Origin: the human T2T-CHM13v2.0 reference genome, Homo sapiens
DNA length: 64,000 nt
Assembly: GCF_009914755.1 (NCBI RefSeq)
Contig: NC_060939.1
Strand: one strand, 5' to 3'
A model generated the notes under the pieces. The model worked only from the letters and a program-made list of their open reading frames with translations. It was not told the DNA's origin and made no database searches. Positions within the stretch are counted from its first letter, which is position 1, and each line of letters starts with the position of its first letter. The position numbers and the translations under genes are program-made. Positions 13,886 to 28,244 of this stretch are shown piece by piece.

Positions 13886-14599
13886 AAGACTTAACAATCA
13901 TCTAGCCTTGAAGCTGCCGTCCATTTCCTCCCCACCTATCTGAGCTTATCACATTTGAAAAACCTGATGGCAGTACCTCTGGTGCATATTGTGAGCAGTC
14001 TGGACTCAGAGGATCGGTACCTGTCATGGTGCTGGAAACTGAGAAGTTTTCAAAAAATTATCTGTTATCTGAAGCTTTCTCTCTATCAGTGACCCTAATT
14101 GCATCCCCTCATATTGCCATGAGACATAATTAAGAGAAAGGAGGCATTTGATCACATACTACAAGTATTTGCTGCATTGCTTGTGAAAAAGCTAGTTAGA
14201 GTGACAATAAGATCTGCTTAATATTTTTATATAGTGCTCCAAACTAGCAGTCCTTAATTTATTTTTTTAAGTCTGGAAATTAAGGATGAATAATGATCTC
14301 CCAATTGCCCTTCACAATCATCATTCAGCCTCAAGAATTAATAAGCCACCTCAATACCACCCCCACCCTGAACAGACATTTTTTCCACATGGATGAGCAC
14401 AAAGAAATAATCAGATAGGAGATTTTTCTTCTAAATTAGGCCTCTTGTTTGTAAACTGAAAGAGTGCTAATGCAGTTCAAACCCGGCTGTGCACCACACA
14501 TGCCCATTCTGCCCCAGAGTCTTACAAAGAGCGGGAGAATGGAGGGTTTTGTTCTATTCTTCAGGCTCCTTCTGTGTGAGAGGCCATTCAAGCGATCCA

Positions 14600-14820
14600 G
14601 TACTTCTCCCTCACTCTCTCCCTTGGCCCCTCTCTCTCTCTCACACTCACTCTCCGTGTCTCTCTGTAATGCCAGCATTAGAGGCGAGCCGCTGGCTGGG
14701 AACGAGCTTTGATGTCGACCTCTCGCTGCCACTGACAGACCTGCATTGGGGGGTGAGTGGCGGAGCCACGAGGGCATGTGTGGGAGAGAGAAGGATGAAA
14801 GGAGGCACGGCCGGGGCTCA
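14600..14820. promoter_or_regulatory. Candidate enhancer or alternative promoter (locally CpG-enriched)
   Basis: (CT)n tract, 10 CpGs in 14651-14820, TCF/LEF motif CTTTGATGT at 14707, MEIS motif TGACAG at 14733, and donor-like GG|GTGAGT at 14753. Confidence 0.4.
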
Positions 14821-17800
14821 GAATGTGGACAGATTCCTGCCTGTTCCCTTAGATTCTTCAGGAAGAAAAATGCCAAGCCTTGTGATTACAGAGGTTATGA
14901 ACCAGCTAAACTTCAGAAATGACCATTAAAAGTACTGCCGAACATAAAGAATCAAATTATTGTTCAGGCTTTTGGCCTCAAAAAGAAAAAAGAAAATGAA
15001 ACAAGCCACAGACAGGGCCGAAGAGATAAGGACATTCAGATTACATTCTAACGAGGCTGGTTAATCAAGGGTGTGGGGAGCCCAGCACATAGACAGGGTT
15101 TGAGTGACAGCCATAGGCACACTTGCTGCCTTTCAACTTTGGGCTGTATTGTCTTGATGACTTGTGCCAGATGTCAGAAATAAATCTCAGGCCCTGGTGT
15201 TAAGGTTACAGCTGCGACACAGGCAGGCGACACATGAGAATGTCAGATCAGCAGTCTACTCTGATCTGCTGCGAACCAGAATGGCCAGGGACATCCCGAA
15301 AGGGTGAACCCACAAGGGAACTTACACCCTGCGTGAATTCTTAGCATTCAAGGACTACCTTCAGTTAGATCGTGGGATTTCATGGCTCCCTCTGAATTAA
15401 AAGGCTTTCCATTGCCAGGTTGTCAGAATAGATCTAACCTTATTCTCCCGTAACGGACACCTGCTTCCTCCTCCCTCATCTATCTGTTTTGTTAATCCGA
15501 CCATATAAAGGAATAAGGGCCTGTCCACATCACCAATTTCCCAATACCACAGTCTCAACTCTTTGCAGAAGATACGCAAGAGTAGAATACAGCAGAGAAA
15601 TTAAACACTAAATCCCCTTCTCTTTTTCCTTCCTTATTTCACTGACTCCCAGAGAATGTAATTTATGATCAGCCAGCAAAAACTTACTGAGGTCCTACTG
15701 TGTGTAAGATCCACATTCAAGAACATACAGAAGTTTAAAGAAAAATCCTTTCACTCTGTATATTCAATCTGGAACTGCTCTTTAGTACTAAAATGAGTCT
15801 TCTACTATTAAAATTAGGTCTCTTTCTAAAAAATCTAATTTTAGGAGGTTATAAAAAGAAAAGAAGTCCTACATTTTCTCCATGTCTACTTCTTGAATTT
15901 TGGCTTGCATGACTGCACCTTACCTATGATCAGATGGCTTGGTGTGGTTTTTATACTGGTCAGAGCATTCGTGGGAACTATTTGCTAATGGAAAACTCTG
16001 GATGGAGTCAGGAGCCTCATAAACTGCTTGTTGCCAGTAAAAGCAATATTCATAGAAGACCCCATTCTCCTTTGACAAGACTGCCCTAAGATGAATTGGC
16101 ACCTAGCTTGCTTCCAAGAAGCCTTCAAAACTAAGCCTGCCTCTCCCTTGCTCCCCCATTCACAGCCCAGAAAAATACTCCCAGAAGTCCACTTGGCTCT
16201 ATCCTGGGTCCTGAAGGAGAAGCAAGAAGAAGGTCTTCGCAGGGAAGTCTCTGCTCAAAGCAAAATCTCTTTATGGAATGGCATGAGCTATCTCATTATT
16301 AAATTCACCAGCAGCCAAGAGCTTCTGGCTGTGAATTGAGTTCAGCATAGTAAAAATTGTTTGCTCTCCATTTCTTTTAAATGACCAAACACAGAGGGCT
16401 CTGGCTTAAATGGAACCATTTGCTGTACAGGAGAAATATATCCCCAGTGATAGAATATGTGTTTGAATTTAAGTATATGTATTTTGTACATCTGAATGTT
16501 TTTGCTTTTTAAAAACAATATCCTGACGTAGAACCTTTCAAGTGTGAAAATCACCAAAGAATAAAAGTAAAATAAAATAAAGCAGGGAAATTGCATGGAG
16601 GAGAGAGCGGCAACCCCCAGCACCCCCACCAACCACACACACAGCGGGTCATCTCTGGTAACTTCCCCAGCCTTCACTCCACCCTCCAATTATGAAATCA
16701 GCAAAATTCTCAGGGGAAGAAGACCCAGAAAGAACAAATGTGGCAGCAAGAGACAGAAGGATCAATACCTTCAGAGTCTGAGAATGTAATGGGCCCTGTA
16801 GGTCTGTTAATTATCCAACAAAAATTCTGTTTCAAGAAAGGGAAAAACGCATTTTAATAGCAGCTCTATAATTAGCCATTTCTGTTCTTGGTTTCTTAGT
16901 AGTTTTTATGTTTGTCTGCCTCCACCTTTATTTCCTTTAACAATGTTCACATAAAATGGATCAGAATTGCTTTGCCTCTAATTATTTACTGTAACAACCA
17001 ACAAGCTGAGAGAAAGACGACAAAGTAGTAGAGAAAGATCTTTGTACGGGATGTATTGACTCACCACTGTTTCCTTCTTACTCCTTGATATTTTATTCTT
17101 CTTTTCTAGTATATAATTCGTAACTATGCATACACAACTCCCCTGAGTTTCATTTTCTGATAGAGTTATACTTTTGGTCTGTGAGTTTGCTTTTCATGTA
17201 GATGCACAGTTTGCCCAGCTTTTGGTAAAAAACAGTTTTATTCCAACCCTAAAATCACCCTTTACTGAGATGGAGTGATGTGACCAAGGTGTTTTTTGGG
17301 GATTAGAAAAAAGGAAGGTGTTCAGAAACGTAAATGTGACAACCCAGGGAGAGCAGGAGCTTGGATGTCACGATGGAACTGTAAGGCAGAGAATGGTTCA
17401 GGGAAAATCATCAATGCCAGATTCTGGTAAGGCAAATGAGAAATTAAATCCTTAGCGGGCCAAACACAAGAGACAAAAATCTCTAGGCTGAATCATGATC
17501 AAAGCCACTACAATCTGAAGAAGGTAGGAGATTCACAGTGTCTGGGGCAGTCACCCAGGGATCATTTTCTCAAATCTGAAATTGTTTGCATCCATCTTTC
17601 TGAAAGCCCATCTTAAAAATGTAAGACTCTGAGTTCAGCGCCAGAAACTATGAGCCTTATTATGTGAATAGCAGTGACTCTGCACTCAAGAGACATGTGA
17701 TATATGGAAGAAGAATGAATTTAAGGGTCAGAACGTGGGCCTGGGAGGCAGCAGGTCCAGCCGCTATTCATTGTTCTACTGTGGGCAACATGAAATGACC

Positions 17801-19689
17801 ATTCCCGGCAAGTTGTCATTATTAAGTGATTGAAATATTATGGCTGAGATATGACTTGGAACTTGAAGAAATTAGAGGCTGCTAAAAATAAATTTCTGAA
17901 AGATGACTATTGCATGACTTTTAAAGTAATCCATCCAAGCAGCACCAGGGTGAAGAAAAAGACATAGAAGACCAAGAAATGAAAAGCATTGTTAGTAATC
18001 TCTCAAGAGGTTCTCTTCAAAATCATTCATAAATAACAATCTATAGGCCTTTTCTATATTATCCCAATTTAAATTTCTTCAGAGATGAGTTAAATCTCAC
18101 TGTGAGGTCATACGAATGGGATGTTAGGGGAAGAAACCTTCTCTCAGAATCTAGGGCTTCTCTCTGGGCTAAGCATGAGATTTCCCTGCATTATGAAGAA
18201 AAGTCCCAAATCACCTGGGTTATGCTAGAGACCTCAAGCAAGATAAAGAGCAAAATAAATTTTGCTCTGTTCTCTGAGCAGTTATGGTTCTTGGTAATAG
18301 GCTATTGCTGTAGTTTATTGGTCCATCTTATAGGTTATTAGAGCAAAGCTTGTGTCAGAACTTCCATTACAAACCCATATTTTCTGAGTTGAGAAATCAA
18401 CAACAAAATTGGGCTAGTATTGAGCCTCAATTTTGATATTTAGTCCCTGCTCAAGAACTTAAGAAAAGAAATTAAAGAGAGGTGGGTGGAGAGATAGAGA
18501 GATAAAAAGAAAAGTTACAGATCTGGCACTGCAATTTCAACATGCATATATGTGTGTATGTATGTATGTGTGTATCTATCTATCTACCATCTTAGCCATT
18601 TTCCTAATGTAAGACTCGCTTTTGTTTTATTTTGCTTACATTTTTCATGGGACCTATTTGACAGAGGAGAAAGTATTTGACAGAGGAAATATTAAAGAAA
18701 AAATCAAATCCATTTTTCACTCTACATATTCACCATACTTATATGTCTATGGAATAACCACATCTTTACTTTTCGCTACTCAAGTCACCTAAAGAACGTG
18801 AAGATTAACACTGTGTAAAAGCCAGGAGAGAAGAAGGTAGAGATGTTCTTGTTCATTTTTTTCCTTTTTCCTCTGGATAATAATGAGCTTTGGGCAGACT
18901 TCCTTCAAGGTGAACTTCTTTTGATTTTCTTCATTTAAATAGAAAACAAATAGTACAAATGTTTTCGTTTTACTCACACCATAGTTAAGAAAATTATTTA
19001 AACTTGTTTAAAATGCTTCCCAGGGCAATGATATCTAAGAAAAGATCATTTGTAAAGGATCCATTTTAAAATGCACAGTCTCAGTATAATGTCCACTATA
19101 GAGAAAGACCTTAGCTTAAATTATACCACAGCTATTTTAAATGGATTTTTAAATTATCTACCTTTGCATTTCATCATGAATGTTTCAGGGAAATTATCCT
19201 GAGATAATGCCAACAAATGGCTGCAGACTTTAGGTTTATAATTGCTCTTGTTCATTTAAGGTTCCCAGCAGACCATATCAGGAAATTCAATGCCTGGCAA
19301 GTCGGGGTTGATAATATACCGTAACTGGCATTTTCTTATTAGATGAGCACCCAAATCGGTTTTCATTTGTAGCAATGACCCTAATTAAGAGAGTTATGAT
19401 TTAAAGCAAGTCTTTGCATTTTAAGAGTCAGATTTGGATATGGGAGAGTTAGCCAAAGGGTTGTATTTTTTTAAAAAAAAAACATTGGCATAATCTGGCC
19501 TTAATTTTAATTTTTCAAATGTATATCAAATACATTTTTTTCAGTGACTCCCTCTCTCAAAATGAGAGACTCCCTTCTAGCTACTGAGAAAATATATGAA
19601 TAAGCAAAGATGTTCATATACACATACATTCACATGTACCTAAGTATACTCACCTCAGTCTTCACTAAATTATTTGGTTTTTGATCTGC

Positions 19690-19850
19690 AGGAGGTCTTA
19701 GAAAAAAGAACATCTAATTCAGCTAGCTCCCGACACCCCCACTATCTGAAGTGGAAGAACCCACGGCATGGCAGGTAAAGCATTTTGCTTTAGATCATAA
19801 GCTGTTAAGAGGTAGAGCCCAAACTACATGAGTCTCTGGGATCCTAATCC
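19690..19850 (-). mobile_element. MIR fragment
   Basis: Decayed MIR core (cccactatctgaagtggaagaaccc...gatcataagctgttaagaggtagagc). Confidence 0.5.
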
Positions 19851-20489
19851 AGGGATTTTGATGGTAAATGTACAAAAAGATCCCCCTCCAAAAAATACCT
19901 ATTTAAAGATGCTATCTGTGCCATATATTGAAGTGTCTGACTTCCTAAAAACTCATTGAGTTGACAGAAATTATTAATTGCTGTGTACCACAAAAATGTC
20001 CTCACTGAAACTTTATGACAACATTGCTGTAAGGGGTCATTACCAAAAAGTAATTTTATTGTAAGGAACTTTAAGTATTCCATCTGAATGTATAGCCAAA
20101 ATTTGATAACTTACGGAGCTGGATGCAAAGTAAATTCACCTCACCTAACATATCAGTAAAAGGAGGTACAGCAAGAACAATAAGCAACTTTTGGAGATCA
20201 TTTTACAATTTATGAAGAATATTTACCTAGATTATTTCTTTACTTACAGTTGTCTTCACGGCCACACTGTAAAGGGGCAGGGCAAGACAAACATCAGACA
20301 TTGGACCATTATCGTTCGCATTTCATCGTTTGGAAGATAAGACTCATCAGGCTTTCAAACAACAGATCCTTTTACTTTCCACTATACTATTCTAACTTCC
20401 TGAGAGCACAAAATATTATTGGTAATCTATTATAAATTGAAAAAAGCAATATGATTGATGAATTGTTGTTATAATTACAGAAGTGATAA

Positions 20490-20720
20490 CAATAGCCATG
20501 ATTATTTAGCACTTTGCTTCAGATGACGCCCTGAGCAGCCTCTTGGACATCCACAGACGTGAACATCCCTATGGTAGATGTTATCACGCCAATTCACAGA
20601 GAAGCAAACGGAGGTCAGAAGCGTTATCTGATTTCTCTAAAATCATGTAGCCTGTAAATGGCAGAACCAAGATTTGAACCAGGTTAACTTCACCCCAAAC
20701 CAAGTGTTTTTAACCATCTT
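20490..20720 (-). mobile_element. MIR
   Basis: attcacagagaagcaaacggaggtcagaagcgtta...gtaaatggcagaaccaagatttgaaccagg. Confidence 0.75.
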
Positions 20721-20940
20721 CTACACTTCCTTCATGAAAGATAATGCATGTGTTTGACAAGATCCCAGTGCATTGGTAATACAGAAGTATAAACAGACAT
20801 CAGTGTAAAGACCACCCCAAGCCAAGTTTCAACTAGTATAGGATAAAACTTTGAAAGAACAAAGAAAAGTTTATATGACAAACGGCTTTCTAAGAGCTGT
20901 ATGTGTGTATGTGTATATGTTTGAGGGATTGGATTCTCAA

Positions 20941-20960
20941 ATATATATATATATATATAT
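20941..20960. repeat. (AT)10 microsatellite in a TA-rich tract
   Basis: Read directly from the sequence. Confidence 0.9.
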
Positions 20961-22784
20961 ACATATAATATACCTATATTTTCATTTATACATGAGTGCA
21001 TATACATACATAGAAAATACATATTTTAAAAACTAAAATTATACGGCCAAAAGGAATAACATATTATTAAGCTCTTTCACAAAATCCTAAAAAGTTCTAA
21101 CAGTTATTAAGTAGAATTTAGTTCCTAAGTTTGGTGCAGGAGACAGAATTGCTACCAGTGTTATAGGCAACTATTCATCAAGATCTAATTGTTAGAATTG
21201 CTTCATTTCAAGGAAAATGATTTAGCCCCCAGGATATGCATATCACTATTCTAATAAGCCACATTTTTTAACAACGGGAGGGCCTTCAGCTACTCTTGCA
21301 AGCGTGAAAATTTCCAGGAATTATCCTTACTGCTATTATAAATGAATAAATTTTAGTAGTGCCACACTGCAAATCTTTGGCACTGACCTATATAGAAACA
21401 TTAATATCTTATGATATTGATTTCAAAGATAAAGTCCAGAACCTTATGGTAAATCTAGAGGAAGTTTGTCTCTCATGATAGATGCTGCCATAAGATTCAC
21501 CTAATAATATCTGAGTAAATCATAATCTCCAATAAGCTCAAGACGGGATCACTGAGCATGTATATCCTCTCCAGGGGACTCTGGGCCCTCATGTGCTCTG
21601 GGCACATTTCCTATAAATGGCCACCTAAAACATTGCTAGTTCCTTGTTCTTTGTGACTGTCACTGGTAGATTGAGTTATAATCCAGTCAAGCTATATTCA
21701 CACCATTCATTCCATTTTAAGGGTTTCAGATGTGTCCCCCAAAACAAGGACATTTGCAATGAGATAAAGTTAGTCAAGAACTATTAGAAAGAGATTGGGA
21801 AAAACCCAGACAGGGCCATGAAACAAGTGTGCCTTGGGCTTTGGTAGGTGGACAGGCTGAGCTCTGTTCTTCCAGATTCCCTGTTCCTTAAACAGGAATG
21901 ACCAGCCCTTCAACAAATAAATAAACTGTGGTATACACCAGTAGTTGGGGAAAGCAATGCTTCCTCTCCTAGCCCCTGTACCAAGTTTACTACTTTGAAA
22001 TTTTATTATAATTTACAAGTTGCTAATATATTTTCCAAGCATGGTCCCTTTTAAGTATTAAAACTAGATAGCAGCATATATAAATAATAGAACCGTTGAC
22101 AGGAACCATCAGTAAGTAAGCCAGACTCTAAAAAGTCCCCTTAATGTCTGGGGGTAGGGAGAAGAGGGCAGGGAACCTCACCTTCCAGCATCTCTAGCTA
22201 TCAGCCCTATAGGCCATTATTCCAAAATTGCCAGCCTGGGTAAACACTGGAGACAGATGTTTTCCAGTTTGTTTATCTTCTTCCTGTCATTTTCACTAAT
22301 ACTCTCTGCTCTTCTTGGCAGGTGACCTTTCACAAATGGTGGCTTTGTTTTAAAAATGTCCTATTGTAAAAAAGAGGGCAGAATTCACAGAGCAAAGGCC
22401 AATGTAGCTGGAAGGCTTTGTGGGGGCCATGGAGGCTTGTTTCCTCTGCCAAAGGCCAGCGTTAACCTGCTCCCAGCCATGAGGAGGAAGGGGGTCAGCC
22501 CTCACTTCCCAATGCTTCATCCCATTCAAGCTTCGTTTCTTAACATTTCCAAGGAGAACATACTTAACAGTATGGAACTGTTGGTTGGCTAATCTATTTG
22601 CTGTGGTGGTATCTTAGGAAAATAAGAGTCAGCAAATATCTGGGTGACTTTTATAAGGAGATAGAGAAACAAATCAATATTCAACAGTACAAGTGAGGAC
22701 TGGAAAATGTCCTAGTGAAGACATATTTTCAGTATTGGTTAGTTCTTTCTACTCAGAATCTCTAGAGGAAAAGAACTAATCTTA

Positions 22785-23000
22785 CATGTAATACAGATCG
22801 TTGGACTAGAAATCATAGATAACCTGGATTTATGCCCCAACTCTATTTCTATGAGAGCTGGGATTCTTGTTGGTGGATCAAATGACTTCTTTGGGCAATT
22901 CCCTCTTTGGCAATAAAATAAGGATAACAGTCCCTCTCCACCTGCCTCGAAAGAGTGCTAAATCTCAAGTAAGATTATGCATATAAAAGCATACTGTAAG
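22785..23000 (+). mobile_element. MIR (MIRb/c-like)
   Basis: ttggactagaaatcatagataacctggatt...aaaataaggataacagt...tatataaaagc pattern. Confidence 0.55.
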
Positions 23001-24170
23001 AAGCAAACACTCACAAAGGATACTGAGTACTTGGTACTTGGGCCACGGAGCTTGGGCTAACATCATTCACCAATTGTCTTTTAAAAAAAGAAATTTCAGA
23101 TGATCAAAAACATGGGGCATTTCTAAATTAGAAGAGCTTGAATAATGATCCCTTTCTGGTTCCTGATACTGTGGAGAGAGGTTAATAAGTAAGACAACAG
23201 TTTCCCATCAGGAGATGGAGAACTCAGTGGTCGAGGTATAATGATAACACTGAAGTTACTAAGCAGCAATTCCTTCTTGCTCATATCTCAGAAGCAAAGA
23301 ATCCTCAGGGTTAAGGGACACAAAGCCCACATAGGCCTTCCTGAGGCTTTCCAGGTGTTGGCATACTCAGGCCTTACTCAACAGACAAGACAAAGTGATG
23401 GTAATGCCCCCATGATAGGAAATAAACTTCTATTGTTTCTTGAAAGCATCTCTGGATAAGAGCAAGGACCAGAGGGCTTTTTCCCATGGTATCAAAAACT
23501 GGAACAGAGAGAAAGAGAATTTCTCATCACAATGTTAAAACATCCATCTCATGCTCTGAAGTGCATGTAGCTCTGAATGCTTCCTTCATAGTAGGGAGGC
23601 AGGCCTGAGGTTGCTCTTGGAAGGAGTCTCTGGCACAGAAAGCTTTGTAGAAACTCCATCAGATCTCCACTCTCTGCCTCCTGATTAGCTGCTGCCTTCA
23701 CCTCCTCTTTTGCTTTTCTACTGCAGTTGTTGGATTTGTGATCTTTGCCATTTCAGGAAAGTTTCAGCATGTGTTGTACTGTAATTTTAGCTTTATACTG
23801 TTTTTCATTTGTAAAAGAACCTCTTTAAAGAACAGAATGGAAACAAGCAGTTCTTCAAAGGGTTTCAAATGAGAAATGTTCAAGTGTGTGTGAGTGCGGG
23901 CACTGTGGTAAACCCAGCAGTTGCTGGGCAGAGGTTATTCATTTATACACTCAGTCATTTGACTTGGATTCTAGACCTCTATAATAGAGGCTGGCAATGT
24001 AAAGATGAATGAGAACAACTGGCTTTATCCCTAGAAAGATGTGGCCCAAGGAAACTAAAACTCACTTCTCCCTCACTGCCATCACCATCAGCAGCATAAG
24101 CAACCTCAATACCATAATGCATTTTTATTCACGGGTAACCCATTTAATATAAATTCTTCAGTCAATTTCT

Positions 24171-24657
24171 TTGTTTGTTTTGTTGTTGTTGTCTTTTGTT
24201 TTACTTTTATTTTGGGTTCTGGGGTACACGTGTAGATTTGTTATATAAGTAAACTTGTGTCATGAGGATTTGGTGTACAAATTATTTAGTCACCCAGGTA
24301 ATAAGTACAGTATTCCATAGGTGGATTTTGATCTTCACCCTCCTCCCACCCTCCACCCTCAAGTAGGCCCTGGTGTCTGTTTTTCCCTTATTCATGTCCA
24401 TATGTACTCAATGTTTAGCTCCCCCTTAGAAGTGAGACTATGTGATATTTGGCTTTCTGTTACTGTTAGTTCACTTAAAATAATGGGCCTCCAACTCCAT
24501 CCATGTTGCTGCAAAGGACATGATCTTGTTCTTTTTTATGGCTGCATGGTGTATATGTACCACATTTTCTTTATCCAGTCTACCATTAGTGGGCATTTAC
24601 ATGGATTCCATGTCTTTGCTATTGTGAATATTGCTGCAATGAACATACATGGGCATG
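24171..24657 (-). mobile_element. 5'-truncated L1PA15/16-like 3' end
   Basis: Antisense L1PA 3'UTR and ORF2 end. 16-bp TSD TCTTCA(G/A)TCAATTTCT at 24155-24170 and 24658-24673. Confidence 0.92.
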
Positions 24658-24964
24658 TCTTCAATCAATTTCTAATTCATCTCTAAATCTTCTGTATCAC
24701 TTTCAACTACTTTGAACACATAGAACTTAGTAGGCATCTAATATTTGTGGAAAGATGATCTTGAAGAATAAAATAAACATCTAAAGTGGGTTAATACCAT
24801 TTGAGCAGGAAGAGTGAGGGTGGGTGCATCAGTTGGAGAGCATTGGGGACAACTGAGGAATAATGGAGTAATTAATTGTACATGACCCTAGGCCCTTTGC
24901 ACTCACCAGATACCGACTTCCTCCTGCATTCTTAGTCACAGCCAGATTCAGCTTTAATTGATCT

Positions 24965-25170
24965 CCACTGAGCACCTAAAGTGAACCAGGAATTATGTAG
25001 GTATTCTTGTATGGCATAGTTTACCTAATATCACAAAACAACCCCTTACATCCAATAAATCCCTCATTACTGGCGTGGGAAATGTGGCTCAAAGATATTA
25101 AATAAGTTGCCTAGGTTCCACAGCCTAGTTATGTTAGACCCAGGATCCCGTGTCAGGTCTGCTGCCTCTG
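24965..25170 (-). mobile_element. MIR
   Basis: actgagcaccta...ggaaatgtggctcaaagatattaaataagttgcctaggttccacagc. Confidence 0.65.
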
Positions 25171-25924
25171 ACGAGGGTTGCATTATTCTTAAGCATCAGA
25201 AATGGATCTCGGAACATGAATAATAAATGAGAAAGACCCACCTAGTTAAAATGACTGTAATTTTTTAATCCATTTGGATGATCAGAACAAAGGCTATAAA
25301 AGCATCCTTTGAAAGATCAGGCCAGCCAGAGTCACCTCCCCTTTGCAAGGAGGAAGTCACATAGGTCTAGCTCATCCTCTTAGGAGCGGAGCCCCTGTGA
25401 GTTTAGTTCCTAACCAGCTCATCCCAGCCTGGCCTCTCTCTACTGCCTCAATGCAAATGACTACCTGAACCCAGGGTAACCTTATAGATTTTTTAATTCA
25501 GTAGTTATTTAAAGTCACTGAACAACTTATTAAGCAGGTAAGATAAAGTTCACAGGATAAAATGTGTAGGCATGCAAATGTGAAGCATTAGTCCATGTGG
25601 CACACCGAAGTCTGGCATTGCGTGTTTTAAAAGCCTTCAAAGTGCCATGCATGTCCTTGTACTTTTCTATATTCCAATGTAGGATTGTGGAGATCTAGTT
25701 TCCCTCAATTAAGTTCTCATTGCTGATGAAACCTGAAGAGAATGTGAAATGGTTTGAAGTGAGGAGTGTGTCCTTCAATGTGGATCGATGGGCAAGAACA
25801 GTGTGACCAGAGCAGCCATGGGGCAATGCTCTAAATCCTCACCAAAGAAGATGGATGCTTTGGGAGTTGAAGAGGATGATCAATAGCATGCTGACTGACA
25901 TTGATACAAGAAAAGGTCACTCAA

Positions 25925-26021
25925 GAGTCCAAGCCATAGGGTGTTACCCAGCCCCTCAGGGTGTCATTCACATTGCAGCCTGTAAACAGCACCTCCTGGA
26001 CTTGGTAGACATGGTGGCCCT
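25925..26021. mobile_element. MER91-like hAT-Tip100 MITE fragment
   Basis: gggtgtcattcacattgcagcctgtaaacagcacctcctggac...ggccct resembles the MER91 core. Confidence 0.45.
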
Positions 26022-27349
26022 ATAGACCCCTTATCTTCCCTATTCTCTAGTACTATTATCCTCCATTTACGACCAAGATGGCGGAGCAGGCAGAAGGAAG
26101 AGAAACCACCATATGTCACCTTGGCCCCAGCTCATGACAATATCCCCAAAGTCAATAGCCTTTGAGTGCCCCCAGGAAAGAGGATGTGGGAGTGAGGAAT
26201 ACCATGTGCCTGTTCTGTATCAATGTCTGCATTTTATTGATCCGTCCATAATCCCTCCCAAGAGGGATGGATCATTACGCCCTGTCTTTACAGCCAGTGC
26301 CTCCTCTGTATGAAAGCCACAGCAGAACAATCCCTCTTTGCCATTCTCAACTTTGCTTTTGTCAATAAGTGCTGAAGACATAAAAAGGGAAGATGGGCTT
26401 TGCTCCTGAATGAGAGCTATTTGACTTTCAATATACAGACCGTGGCAAATACCTTTAGATGTTGTGTCCCGTGGAGCCTTTTCAGAGGTAGGTTTTGTTT
26501 GCAGAGGGCTCTTTTCTCCTTAAACTAGACCCAGAGAGCCATCCTCTCTTAATTTGGCCTTGTGGATGCATCGTGGCATAGGTATGCCAAACCATGCCCT
26601 GGTCCCTTGGTGGAAATGATGGGCTCACAGTATTTTTTCCAGGCAGCATCAGCCATGCCATAGTGAGCAAACATCGAGTTAAACAGAGCTTGCCTTTCTC
26701 TTGTGTTTAGGCTGCTGCCCCTTCTCTCTCTGCACAGCCCCAGACTGGCAACATTTTAAGGCAGAGTTTTAAAGTAAGCAGGAAATTGCCACGTTTAGCT
26801 GTTATGCTTTTCCCAAGCTTTAGGGCACACACAGAAAATTTAAATGCATCCCCAAATAGTACTTGGTATCAAGAATGGGCATCTTTAAGGTACTATACAA
26901 TGGAAGATTGAGGATGTAGCAGGACCACAAACATAAAAATTAACATATCCAACTCATGGCTCCTCCCAACTCAGTATTAGAAGAAGCAATGGGGAATAAG
27001 AACACATTCTCTCTTGGGAATCTTCAGAGTAGTAAAAAGCACTTTATATTTATGCATAATGAGCTACTTTTGTGCTTTACAGACCGTCTTGTGCATGGTT
27101 TGTACCCCATATTAAATTTGATGATGGATATGAAAGTATTTTATAAACAGAAAATTGTTATGCACATTTTAGCTATTATGAAAATAATGATGAGTAAATA
27201 ACTTCAGTTAGTGAGGCTGTCATTGGACCAATTTGGAAGCCTCTCTCTCCTGTTTCCTCAGTCCTACCCTTGGATGCAGAAGAAAGAAAAACACACAAGA
27301 AAGGAATTTTAGGAGATGGAAATTTTTTAAGTTACTGACATTTACTAAT

Positions 27350-27680
27350 AGTCATAGAACTGCAAATTAAAAAGTAAAATTCCATTTCAAGTTATAAGAG
27401 ATTGGTAAATAAATAAAAGATTGAAAACAATCAATGTTGACAACACTATAGTGAAATAGGCAGTGTGAAGTGTTAAAATGTTAAAGATCCTAATTATGTG
27501 ATATAACAATTCCACTTTTGTGAATCATCCTACCAAAAATGAAAACACTAGTCATTATATCCCATTACATCCATATATGTATAGATAGGTAACTAGATAA
27601 ATAGATATAAATAGATATCTATTGATGTTCAATATGGGATTGTTTGTAGTGCAGAAAACTGAAAATAAAAATCCAAATAA
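27350..27680 (+). mobile_element. L1ME ORF2 3' fragment
   Basis: gaactgcaaattaaaa...gattggtaaat...caattccactt...ttgtttgtagtgcagaaaactg. Confidence 0.55.
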
Positions 27681-27698
27681 TCATTCATAAGTCAACAG

Positions 27699-28058
<360 letters not shown>

Positions 28059-28244
28059 TAATGCTCTTCCCTCAAGATATGCTGTAATTTACTGAACCTT
28101 ACACATATTTGTCAATGTTTAAGCTGATTCTAATATTTCGCCATTATAAAAACACAGACATAGGCAGCCTTGTATACAAATCTCATTCTACAACTCTGAT
28201 TATTCCTGTGATGTTTATTCCCAGAAAGGGAAATGAATAATATT

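Noticed and set aside
14436-14929. Two overlapping 146-aa ORFs
   Set aside because: They are driven by the CT/GA low-complexity tract. Only the short ATG-to-donor segment is kept as a hypothesis.
15244-15268. 8-bp inverted repeat cagatcag/ctgatctg
   Set aside because: Short enough to occur by chance in 64 kb.
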